This document shows, piece by piece, positions 16,481-25,302 of a stretch of 64,000 bases of DNA. Location: positions 128,001 through 192,000 of the forward strand of contig CAWIEK010000063.1 of the NCBI GenBank assembly GCA_963835065.1. The letters are read 5' to 3'. The notes beneath the pieces were generated by a model that was given only the letters and a program-made list of their open reading frames with translations, made no database searches and was not told the origin of the DNA. The position numbers and the translations under genes are program-made. The number at the start of each line of letters is the position of its first letter. Position 1 is the first letter of the stretch. This DNA comes from an uncultured Chthonomonadaceae bacterium. Its GTDB lineage: Bacteria > Armatimonadota > Chthonomonadetes > Chthonomonadales > Chthonomonadaceae.

Positions 16481-16517
16481 GAAAAACGGCCTGGCACTTG
16501 CGTGTCAGAGGCCGTTC
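16481..16517 (-). terminator. Intrinsic terminator in the leader of the desaturase gene
   Basis: AACGGCC-TCTGACAC-GCAA-GTGCCA-GGCCGTT followed by TTTCT. Confidence 0.7.
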
Positions 16518-16579
16518 CGTGGAAAACTTACCGGAGACAACCATAGCGCCAGTTGAACGAACAGCGGCAGGCGATTCAT
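16505..16579 (-). CDS. 24-codon upstream ORF/leader peptide MNRLPLFVQLALWLSPVSFPRNGL
   Basis: ATG at 16579 with GGAAGGTGG upstream; TGA at 16505 lies inside the terminator 5' arm. Confidence 0.45.
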   Translation of the reverse strand: MNRLPLFVQLALWLSPVSFPRNGL

Positions 16580-16616
16580 TTTGCCCCGCCACCTTCCCAA
16601 ACAACGTGATTGAGGA

Positions 16617-16645
16617 ATTGTACCTGCTTTAAGTTTGGCTGTCAA
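16617..16645 (-). promoter_or_regulatory. Sigma70-type promoter
   Basis: TTGACA-17 nt-TACAAT. Confidence 0.75.
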
Positions 16646-16765
16646 CAAAATTTCGGCTGCCGGAGTTGATTTTTACGAATTTGCAAAGCAAAACAAACAG
16701 CCACGCAATTCCCCTGTCGCTCCTTATCCCTTATCCCTTACCACTTATCCCTACTGCCTACTCCC

Positions 16766-17065
16766 TTACTTATGGCGAAACACAAAGAAGTAAAGCAGCG
16801 CGATTATCAGCAGGAGCAGCGCGGCAAGGATTAGTACGGCAGGGTTTGCGCGGCGCGCGGCCAGGCGCTCCTGCTTGCGCTGCGCGACGCGCTCTTCCAG
16901 ACTCAATTGCGTTTTTAGTTTCTGCCCGTTCGCGTCTATTTCTCCGGCGGGCGCGGCTTCGGGCGCTGCGGAAGCGGAAAGCGGTTTGCCGCACTTCCAG
17001 CAGTTGTCTTTCGCGGTCACATCCTGGTTCATCGCGCCACAGTGCGGGCACTTGATCTTATCCAT
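16766..17065 (-). CDS. Zinc-ribbon protein with a C-terminal TM helix
   Basis: CPHCG...CWKCG, hydrophobic C-terminus. Confidence 0.8.
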   Translation of the reverse strand: MDKIKCPHCGAMNQDVTAKDNCWKCGKPLSASAAPEAAPAGEIDANGQKLKTQLSLEERVAQRKQERLAARRANPAVLILAALLLLIIALLYFFVFRHK

Positions 17066-17411
17066 GCGTTTCTGTCCCTGAGCGTTTTTTATCGTGAACG
17101 TTTCTTACATCGTGGATATTTTTCCCGGCGCGTTTGCGTGACTCATGCTTTCCTCTCCCTCCGACAGCAAAATGCCCGGCACAATGCGCAAATTCGAAAG
17201 GAATATGAAAGAATGGCGGCAGAAAGTCGTGGTTTTATCAAAAGTTGCGGTACAATTCCCTACGAGTAACAACGCGCAAAGGTTACGCGCCGATCAATCA
17301 TTGCTCGCTCACTTCTTTCCTGCCCTGTATCCTTGCTCGTAACTTTGCGCGTTGTCAGCAGGCCCCCTCTGCAAGCGCCTGCTGCAAATACATTATGGAG
17401 TTTTCCACATT

Positions 17412-18227
17412 ATGCTTGAACTTGCGCTGGCACTGCCGCCCCTGCTTGCCTGCCTGCCGTCCGAAGCGGCTTCCCCCTCGCAGCGTTTGTTGAAACGCGC
17501 GCAGCGGCACATCGCCCACAAGCACTACGACGAAGCCGTGACCGCTTTGCGCCGCGCCATTTTACTGGGTGCGGACGCTTATGTGTGTACGCTGCACATT
17601 GCCGATCTGGAATGTCGGCGTCAGAACTGGCTTCTGGCTCTGGGCGCGGCGGAACAGGCGGCAGCCCTCGCCCCCGAACGCCTGACCGCGTATGAAGCCC
17701 TGATGACCATTGCGCTCCATGCGGGCGACTGCGAACGCGCCCTTGCCGCCTGCCAGATGCTGCTGAAACGCGCGCCCCGCCATCTCGCCGCGCACGAAAC
17801 CCTGGGCATGATTTATATGCAGGCCGGCGACGTGGACGCCGCCCTGCGCGCTTTGAATACCCTGCTGCGCCTCACGCCCGACAATCCCGCGTGTTATTTC
17901 CGCAAGGGGCTGCTGTGCCAGCACAAGGGCGAAATCCGCGCCGCGCTCCAGGCGTTCCATACCACGCTCCACCTCGACCCGGACGGTCCCTTCGGAGAAG
18001 AAGCGCGCGACGCGATGGAAGCCCTGGACGCCTTCCAACTCAACCAGATTTTGACATTGGGCATGGACGACATGCTGTTTCGCGCCCAACTCCGGCGCGG
18101 GGCCGGGGAAGCGGCGGCGGCGCGCGGCTTCGCTCTGAGCGAACAGGGCGCGCATATCCTCGCCGACCTGTGCGCCCACCTCCTGCCCGATGCGCTCGAC
18201 TATTGCCGCTCGCTGCGAGTGAATTGA
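17412..18227 (+). CDS. TPR protein with a C-terminal NHLP/Os1348-like helical segment
   Basis: Multiple TPR repeats; tail DDMLFRAQLRRG..EAAAARGFALSE. Confidence 0.75.
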   Translation: MLELALALPPLLACLPSEAASPSQRLLKRAQRHIAHKHYDEAVTALRRAILLGADAYVCTLHIADLECRRQNWLLALGAAEQAAALAPERLTAYEALMTIALHAGDCERALAACQMLLKRAPRHLAAHETLGMIYMQAGDVDAALRALNTLLRLTPDNPACYFRKGLLCQHKGEIRAALQAFHTTLHLDPDGPFGEEARDAMEALDAFQLNQILTLGMDDMLFRAQLRRGAGEAAAARGFALSEQGAHILADLCAHLLPDALDYCRSLRVN

Positions 18228-18374
18228 AGAAGTGGTCGGTGGTCAGTGGAGGGTGAGTGATTGGTTTGCTTGAATGGTGGCGCATAAACATGTCCGAACA
18301 CCGAACACCTGAACACCTGAACACCGACACCGACACCCGAACACCCAACGCCCGCCTCTGCCCGTCTCCAGGAA

Positions 18375-19220
18375 TTGCTGGACATTGCCCGCGCCGGACA
18401 GCGCACCCTTATTATGGGCATCCTCAACGTGACGCCCGATAGTTTTTCGGATGGGGGCAGGTATTGGGAACCGGAGCAGGCCGTTGACCGCGCCCGGCAG
18501 ATGGTGGCGGAAGGCGCGGACATTCTCGACATCGGCGGCGAATCCACGCGCCCCGCCACCTTTGCAAGTCATGCGCCCCTGGCGGTGGAAGAAGAATTGC
18601 GCCGCGTTTGCCCCGTGATCGAAAGCCTTTCCGCGCTGCTGCCCAATGTTCCCCTGTCCATTGACACCTACAAAGCCTCCGTTGCCCGACGCGCGGTTGC
18701 CGCCGGAGCCGCAATGGTCAACGACATCAGCGCCCTTCGCGCCGATCCCGCTATGGCCGCCACAGTCGCCGAGCTTGCCGTTCCCGTCTGCCTGATGCAC
18801 CTGCCCGGATTGCCAATGGCTATTCCTTCCCATCCCGAATATGGCGACGTGGTACAGGACGTAGCCGACCATTTACGCGAACGGGCCGCGTTTGCCGCGC
18901 AGGCGGGCATTGAATCGCGTAACATCGTGCTTGACCCCGGCTTCGGCTTCGGCAAAACCGTTGAGCAAAACCTCGAATTGCTGCGGCGTCTGCGCGAATT
19001 GACCGTTTTGGGCTACCCCCTGCTGCTCGGCACATCGCGCAAATCCACGATTGGCAAAGTGCTGGGCAACCTGCCGCCCGAAGAGCGTCTGGAAGGCACG
19101 GCGGCAACCGTCGCGCTGTGCATCGCCAACGGCGCGGCCATCGTGCGCGTCCACGATGTCAAGGCAATGGCGCGGGTCGCAAAAATGAGCGACGCCATCG
19201 TTCGCGGCTACGCAAGTTGA
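18375..19220 (+). CDS. folP: Dihydropteroate synthase (true start may be 18290 with a frameshift)
   Basis: IMGILNVTPDSFSDGG, DIGGESTRP, SIDTYK, DPGFGFGK, GTSRKS, RVHDV. Confidence 0.97.
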   Translation: MLDIARAGQRTLIMGILNVTPDSFSDGGRYWEPEQAVDRARQMVAEGADILDIGGESTRPATFASHAPLAVEEELRRVCPVIESLSALLPNVPLSIDTYKASVARRAVAAGAAMVNDISALRADPAMAATVAELAVPVCLMHLPGLPMAIPSHPEYGDVVQDVADHLRERAAFAAQAGIESRNIVLDPGFGFGKTVEQNLELLRRLRELTVLGYPLLLGTSRKSTIGKVLGNLPPEERLEGTAATVALCIANGAAIVRVHDVKAMARVAKMSDAIVRGYAS

Positions 19221-19235
19221 TCTTGTGATAGGGAT

Positions 19236-19661
19236 ATGGACATTTCCGTTCACGACAATCGCCTGCTTTCCTATTGCGTGAATAGTGACACACGCGAAAT
19301 TCGCCTGCACACTGCTTACGAGGATAACGAGCCGCAGGAGGCCACAGACGTTGTGTTTTCGGGCGTTGTCGCCTATCACTTTGAGCAGGACAATTTCGGC
19401 ACAATCATTTTTGACATACGCGAAGCAGAGGCCGCAACAATCTACGCCGGAGACAAAGAACGCTTCGAGGTAGGGCAAAAATACGGCTGGCCGGGAACGT
19501 GGAACACGTCAGAAACGGCAGTGTTGGCGTACCTTCTGGCGCAGGGCGTCAAAGGCTTTGTACTCTCTTCGTCGTATGGCCTGAACGGGTGGGTATTGGC
19601 GCGAAGCATGAGTGTCGTAAAGACAAAAGCATTGGATGATGGCGCAGAATGCAGGAAGTAA
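19236..19661 (+). CDS. Hypothetical protein
   Basis: 141 aa ORF with RBS; SVHD...SSSYGLNGWVLA. Confidence 0.7.
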   Translation: MDISVHDNRLLSYCVNSDTREIRLHTAYEDNEPQEATDVVFSGVVAYHFEQDNFGTIIFDIREAEAATIYAGDKERFEVGQKYGWPGTWNTSETAVLAYLLAQGVKGFVLSSSYGLNGWVLARSMSVVKTKALDDGAECRK

Positions 19662-19785
19662 CAGGAAGTAAGCAGTAAAGATTAACACGGAAGAACAGCC
19701 CGGCGAAGAAAACAAGTCTTTGCCGGGCATTTTCATGCTTGCTGAACGTAGTTGAAAACAAAGCGCGTGAATGGGAGTGAACAGC

Positions 19786-20850
19786 ATGGGCAGGAATATT
19801 GCGGTGATTGGGGCGGGTATGGCAGGGCTGGCGGCGGCGCGGGAACTGACCGCTGCCGGGCATACGGTCACGCTTTATGAGAAGAGCCGGGGCGTTGGCG
19901 GGCGCGTGGCGACCCGGCGCATCGAAGGCTGCATTGTGGATCACGGCGCGCAGAACATCAAGCCGGCAGGTTCCGCGCTGGAACACGTCATGCTGCGCGA
20001 ATTGTCCACGGACGAACTCGCCGCGATTGAACTCCCCGTGCGCGTGTACGACAGCAAGGGCAACATCTGGCCGCCCGACACCGACAAGAACAGCGAGGCG
20101 AAATACTCCTACCGCAACGGCATGACCATGCTTGCCAAACTGCTGTTCAACGCCCTGCCGCCGGAACAAACGACCATCCGTTACGAAACGCGCATTACCC
20201 GTTTGGAAGAAACCGACAAGGAAGTGATACTGAAAGAGGAAAATGGGCAGGAAGCCGGGCGGGCGGAAATCGTAATCGTCACCGCGCCTGCGCCCCAGGC
20301 CGCCGACCTGTTGGGCGAAAGCGCCCCCCGGATGCGCAGCACGTGGGAAACTCTGGACCGCGTGAAGGCGCTGCGGCAGGTGGAGTACCATCGCAACCTT
20401 ACCGTTTTGCTTGGTTTCGCTGCGCCCGCGCCACCCCCGCCCGCTTACGCCCTGCTTGCCGAAGACCGGGCCACCGACCTGCTGTGGCTGGCCTTCGAGC
20501 AGACCAAATCCCCCGAACGCGCCCCAAATGGCGAGGCGGTTTTAATCGCGCAGATGAGTCCCAAATTCAGTAGCTTTTTCTACGACGGCGACGATAACTT
20601 TCTCACCTGGCGCGTTCTGGACGAACTGCAAACCCTGTTCGGCAACGCTTACACAGCCCCGCTCTGGTCACAGGTGAAACGCTGGAAGTTCGCACAGCCG
20701 CACGGCATGGTGCGCTTCGAGGAAGTGAACTTTTCCGGCATGGCGTCTTCCGTCCTCGTCTGCGGCGACGCCCTCCGCCCCGAAGGCGGCAGGGTGCATC
20801 AAGCCTACGAAAGCGGCCTGGAAGCGGCAAAACTTGCAAAAGAGTTATAA
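19786..20850 (+). CDS. Renalase-like FAD-dependent oxidoreductase
   Basis: IGAGMAGL, EKSRGVGGRVATRR, DHGAQ, RWKFAQP, CGD...AYESG. Confidence 0.9.
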   Translation: MGRNIAVIGAGMAGLAAARELTAAGHTVTLYEKSRGVGGRVATRRIEGCIVDHGAQNIKPAGSALEHVMLRELSTDELAAIELPVRVYDSKGNIWPPDTDKNSEAKYSYRNGMTMLAKLLFNALPPEQTTIRYETRITRLEETDKEVILKEENGQEAGRAEIVIVTAPAPQAADLLGESAPRMRSTWETLDRVKALRQVEYHRNLTVLLGFAAPAPPPPAYALLAEDRATDLLWLAFEQTKSPERAPNGEAVLIAQMSPKFSSFFYDGDDNFLTWRVLDELQTLFGNAYTAPLWSQVKRWKFAQPHGMVRFEEVNFSGMASSVLVCGDALRPEGGRVHQAYESGLEAAKLAKEL

Positions 20851-21132
20851 CCACGGGGAACACGGGGACACGGGGAGGAGAAGGGGAAAACATCAGGAAA
20901 GTAGAAACCGCGAAACACACGAAATAAACGAAAAAAATACAGGCAAATCCGCAACTGCCGCCGCACGTTCCGAACAAACAGGCTTCTCTTCTCGGTTCGT
21001 AATCCTGTTTAATCCTTCTAATCCCGATAATCCTGTCTATTTTCTTTTAGTTTATTTGGCGTGTTTCGCGGTTTCTACTTTCCTGATGTTTTCCCCTTCT
21101 CCTCCCCGTGTCCCCCGTGTTCCCCGTGGTTA
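20848..21132. repeat. Long inverted repeat (arms about 70 bp, 20848-20918 and 21061-21132), MITE/REP-like, between convergent genes
   Basis: TAACCACGGGGAACACGGGG...AAACCGCGAAACAC mirrored almost perfectly. Confidence 0.85.
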
Positions 21133-21134
21133 AG

Positions 21135-22076
21135 TTAGGGCTGGTCGGCGTAGATGGAGTACGTCGGCGTGGACAGGTAGCGCTCGCCGGTGGAGGGAAT
21201 GATGACGACGATCAGCTTGCCCGCGTTTTCTTCGCGGTGCGCCACTTGCAGCGCGGCCCAGACCGCCGCGCCGGACGAGATGCCCGCGAAAATGCCTTCT
21301 TCCCGCGCCAATCTACGGGCGTATTCCATCGAATCGTTATTGGAAACCTGAATGATTTCGTCGTAGATATGCGTATTCAGGTTGTTGGGGATGAAGCCCG
21401 CGCCGATGCCCTGTATGGGATGCTGTCCACGTGGCTTGCCGCTCAGAACAGCGGACGCGGCGGGTTCTACCGCCACCACTTTGAAACTCGGCTTACGCGC
21501 TTTGATCACTTCGCCCACGCCCGTAATCGTGCCGCCCGTTCCCACGCCGGCGACCAGAAAATCTACCTGGCCTTCCGTGTCGCGCCAGATTTCTTCCGCA
21601 GTGGTTTTGCGGTGAATTTCCGGGTTGGCGGGATTGTTAAACTGCTGCGGGATATAGTATTTGCCGGGCGATTCCGCCGCCATTTCCTCGGCCTTGCGAA
21701 TGGCTCCCTGCATCCCTTCGGGGCCGGGCGTCAAAATCAATGCCGCGCCCAGCGCGCGCAGCATGGCGCGGCGCTCGTGCGACATGGTTTCCGGCATAAT
21801 CAGCGTACACTTGTAGCCTTTGGCGGCGCAGGCAAATGCTAGCCCGATGCCCGTATTGCCACTCGTCGGCTCCAATACAGTTATGTCCGGCGTCAGCAGA
21901 CCGTCCCGCACCGCCGCCGCGATCATAGCGACCCCGATGCGGTCCTTCACGCTCGACAGCGGATTGAAATACTCCAATTTACACGCGATCTGCGCTTTCG
22001 CCCCCGCAGCCATCCGGTTCAGCCGCACGAGGGGCGTATTTCCAATTAATTCGGTTACGTCGTTTGCAATTCGCAT
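21135..22076 (-). CDS. cysK: Cysteine synthase A
   Basis: [48 protein letters not shown]. Confidence 0.97.
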   Translation of the reverse strand: MRIANDVTELIGNTPLVRLNRMAAGAKAQIACKLEYFNPLSSVKDRIGVAMIAAAVRDGLLTPDITVLEPTSGNTGIGLAFACAAKGYKCTLIMPETMSHERRAMLRALGAALILTPGPEGMQGAIRKAEEMAAESPGKYYIPQQFNNPANPEIHRKTTAEEIWRDTEGQVDFLVAGVGTGGTITGVGEVIKARKPSFKVVAVEPAASAVLSGKPRGQHPIQGIGAGFIPNNLNTHIYDEIIQVSNNDSMEYARRLAREEGIFAGISSGAAVWAALQVAHREENAGKLIVVIIPSTGERYLSTPTYSIYADQP

Positions 22077-22089
22077 GGGGCACTCCAGA

Positions 22090-22196
22090 GGTAGACGGTA
22101 GACGGTAGACGGTAGAGAAACCATCTATCCTACTTCAAAGTTTGCGCATTGCAAAGAGCAGACAGGCATTTCTACCGTCTACCGTCTACCGTCTAC
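22090..22196. repeat. Inverted pair of heptamer tandem repeats (GGTAGAC)n / (GTCTACC)n
   Basis: Directly visible, 3-4 units per arm. Confidence 0.85.
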
Positions 22197-22206
22197 TGAC
22201 TACTTC

Positions 22207-22662
22207 CTAAATTCCCGGCATAATACTCAGCGAGTCATCCAGGTCGGTTTTACGATGTACCAGGTCGGCCAGTGTGGTCGCGTCGAGATGGCGCGTGAGC
22301 AGGGTTTCTACCTTTTCTTCAAATTCGCGCACCACCCATGTCACGCCGGGGGCGTTGATGTCGGCGCTCTCCTCTTCGTTGTGGCAGGAAAACAAGCGGT
22401 CGCCGCGCATCAAGGCGCGCGTGATGTCACCGACGCTGATACGGTCAGGAGCGCGCGCCAGATTGTAGCCGCCGCCCGCGCCCCGGATGCTGCGGACGAT
22501 GCCCGCGCTTTTCAGGGCGGCGAGTATCTGATCCAGATAGGGGCCGGGAATCTCCTGGCGTAAGGCGATTTCGCGGCTCTGGCAGGCTTCCGTTGTCGGC
22601 TGCATCGCCAAATCCACCGCTGCGCACAGCGCATAACGCAGTTTTGAATTGAAGAATCCCAT
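22207..22662 (-). CDS. Rrf2 family regulator, CymR-like
   Basis: YALCAAVDLA, EIA.RQEIPGPYLDQIL, SIRGAGGGY.L; lacks the IscR three-Cys set; lies upstream of cysK. Confidence 0.9.
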   Translation of the reverse strand: MGFFNSKLRYALCAAVDLAMQPTTEACQSREIALRQEIPGPYLDQILAALKSAGIVRSIRGAGGGYNLARAPDRISVGDITRALMRGDRLFSCHNEEESADINAPGVTWVVREFEEKVETLLTRHLDATTLADLVHRKTDLDDSLSIMPGI

Positions 22663-22730
22663 GCGGCACACGCCTCTCGCAGCTATGCCACTCGCCACAG
22701 AGCAGTATAGGCATAAAAGTTGATTGATTT

Positions 22731-22759
22731 AGTATACTTTGTCGGAGCGGCAGTGTCAA
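22731..22759 (-). promoter_or_regulatory. Sigma70-type promoter of rrf2-cysK
   Basis: TTGACA-17 nt-TATACT. Confidence 0.75.
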
Positions 22760-22873
22760 GCCGAAGAAGTGGAGAGTAAGAGCAAAGAATGTTCACTCTC
22801 ACTCTCCACTTTCTATCATGGTTCAAAGGGGCGCTTCTAATGGAGTCGCTTTGTAGGGGAATTGCGAACAGGC

Positions 22874-23056
22874 TTATTCCATGTATTCCGTTGTGTCGTT
22901 GCTGCCCATGAGGGTGACGCTTTGCGTGGGCGCGGCGAGTTTGATGGTCAGGGTGGAACCGTCCTCGAAATCAATGTCGAGTTCGGTGTCGCGCTGTCGA
23001 ACGCTGTCTACTTTGCGGCCAGCCAGCAGTTTCGTGAGTTTTTGGTTGGTTGCCAT
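22874..23056 (-). CDS. Small hypothetical protein
   Basis: 60 aa, AAAGGAA RBS, coding-like codon use. Confidence 0.65.
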   Translation of the reverse strand: MATNQKLTKLLAGRKVDSVRQRDTELDIDFEDGSTLTIKLAAPTQSVTLMGSNDTTEYME

Positions 23057-23396
23057 GGTGTCTTTGTTCCTTTCGGGCGGTGCGCAGAGGCGGGAAGTGG
23101 CATGGGGAACGGGGCGTTCTCTCTTGCCGGGTCGGGTGCAGGCCGAATAATCAGGCTTATCGGGGTGTTATTCGCCTGTGGGCGGTGATAATCCTGCTAA
23201 GGAAGGGAACAAAGAGAAGACAGGCGCGCAAAATTGAAATAGATTGCCCCTTTCCTCAGTTAAGGGTCTGTAAAAGAACAAGTTCCCGATACATTTGTAG
23301 GGGCGTGATTTATCACGCCCGCGTGATGGGAAGTTATAGATTTACGGACGCTAAGATGCGCCGGCTCTGCACAGGATGCCGCTGCGATAGTCAACG

Positions 23397-24053
23397 CTAT
23401 GGCTCAACCAAGCCGCCGCGCGCCGCGAGCATGGCGGCTTCCGTGCGGTCATTCACTTGCAGTTTGAACAGAATGTTGCTGATGTGGTTCTTCACGGTCT
23501 TTTCACTGATGAACAGGGTTTCGCCGATGTCGCGGTTGCGCTTGCCCGTCGCCACTTCCTTCAAGACTTCGATTTCTCGATCCGTAAGTTCGGAAAACAG
23601 TTTCATGTCCGCCGCGCGCTGCGAAGATAGGCGGTTGAATTCGGCGAGAACGCGGGACGCGATGCCGGGATGCAAACGGCTGCCGCCTTCCGCAATGGCG
23701 CGAATGGCCGCAACGGTCTCTTCCAGCGGGCTGTCTTTCAGAACGTAGCCCGTTGCCCCGGCTTTGATGGCCTGGAACACATTGGCGTCGTCGTGATAGA
23801 TGGTCAGGATGCACACGCCGACATGCGGCATTTCCTTCTTGATGCGCGTCGTCAGTTCGATGCCGTTCATTTTGGGCATGTTGATGTCGGCCAGCAGCAC
23901 ATCGGGCGTTGTTTCGCGGGCGAGGCGCAGCGCGCCCACGCCGTCCGCCGCCTGTCCCACGACGTCAATGTCGTCTTCCATCGCCAGCAGGCGGGCAAGC
24001 GCGTCCCGCGTCAGGCGTTCGTCCTCGGCAATCAGCAGTTTGATGTGTTCCAT
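23397..24053 (-). CDS. NarL/LuxR family response regulator
   Basis: REC domain (AEDE, DINMP, GYVLK) plus LuxR HTH (LTDREIEVL...ISEKTVKNH). Confidence 0.95.
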   Translation of the reverse strand: MEHIKLLIAEDERLTRDALARLLAMEDDIDVVGQAADGVGALRLARETTPDVLLADINMPKMNGIELTTRIKKEMPHVGVCILTIYHDDANVFQAIKAGATGYVLKDSPLEETVAAIRAIAEGGSRLHPGIASRVLAEFNRLSSQRAADMKLFSELTDREIEVLKEVATGKRNRDIGETLFISEKTVKNHISNILFKLQVNDRTEAAMLAARGGLVEP

Positions 24054-24390
24054 AGTTTCGGTGTTCGGTATTCGGGTGTTCAGGTGTTCGGGTGTTCAGG
24101 TAGTTGAATTGTCTTGTTGTTCGCGTGTTTGTGGGAAACTTCCTGCCTTTTGGGGCGCGGCAGGCGTATTTGTGGCTGGAAGCGGTCACATACTGCCCGT
24201 TCGTGATGTATAATAGGGAGTGGGGAGTAGGCAGTAGGGAGTAGGAAAGTCACTGTACATACATTACAAAAGGCATTAATTCACTTTGCCCTGTCAAGAT
24301 TGTTATGTGTGAGCCGGTTTTCCTAATCCCTAATCCCTAATCCCTAATCCCTAAGACGGAGTTTACGGTATCAACTGGATTGCCTGGACA

Positions 24391-25287
24391 TTGCTGATAA
24401 TCGTTCTTGCGGGCGTGGCGGGCGCGGCAATTTGGGTCGTTGGCGGCTCCTACGTAATCGCGTACCTGGCGACGTTCCCTCCGCGCCGCCGCTTGAAACG
24501 GACGCCGGAGAAATTCGGGGCCGAGTATCAGGACATTTGCTTTCCTTCCCTGGACGGCACGGCGCTGTCGGGGTGGTTCGTGCCGTCTGCGGAACCGGAG
24601 CCGCAGGGCATCATTGTGCTGTGTCACGGCATGATGGCGAACCGGGCCGAAATGCTGCCCTGGGCCGAAACCTTATGGAATAATGGCTTTTCCCTGCTCC
24701 TGTTCGATTTTCGCGGCACGTCACAAAGCGGGGGCGATATGTGTACATCGGGCTGTTTCGAGCCACAGGACTTGCGCGGAGCCGTGGATTACATCGAATC
24801 GCGCCCGGATTGCGCAAACTTGCCGGTGGGCGTGTTCGGCTTTTCCATGGGCGGCGCGACGGCGATTATGGCGGCTGCCGACGACCCGCGCTTTCAGGCT
24901 ATTGCCACGCACGGCGCGTATGCCACGCTTAATGGCGCGATACGGCAGCGCTGCAAGCACCATTTCGGCCCGTTTGCCCCGCTTGCCGAGCGTCTTATGA
25001 TGAGCCTGGGCAACCGCAAGCAATGGTTTCCCGCCGCGCCTTCCACCGTTTCGCCCCTGCTCATGATTCCCCGGCTTGAGTCGCGTCCCCTGCTGATTTT
25101 GCACGGCGAGCGCGACCCGATTATTCCCGCCATCCACGCCCACACTCTGTACGCGGCGGCAACCGGCCCAAAGGAACTGCATCTGTTACGTCGTTCGCGC
25201 CACAAGCGCATTTACCGCAAAATCCGTTCGCAGGCGCACGCGCATGTAGTCCAATTCTTCTGCGATCATCTCGTCTCGCAAATATAA
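24391..25287 (+). CDS. Alpha/beta hydrolase
   Basis: LCHG, FDFRG, GFSMGG, ILHGERD, H; N-terminal TM; start approximate. Confidence 0.9.
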   Translation: MLIIVLAGVAGAAIWVVGGSYVIAYLATFPPRRRLKRTPEKFGAEYQDICFPSLDGTALSGWFVPSAEPEPQGIIVLCHGMMANRAEMLPWAETLWNNGFSLLLFDFRGTSQSGGDMCTSGCFEPQDLRGAVDYIESRPDCANLPVGVFGFSMGGATAIMAAADDPRFQAIATHGAYATLNGAIRQRCKHHFGPFAPLAERLMMSLGNRKQWFPAAPSTVSPLLMIPRLESRPLLILHGERDPIIPAIHAHTLYAAATGPKELHLLRRSRHKRIYRKIRSQAHAHVVQFFCDHLVSQI

Positions 25288-25302
25288 TGAGCACTTATTT
25301 CC

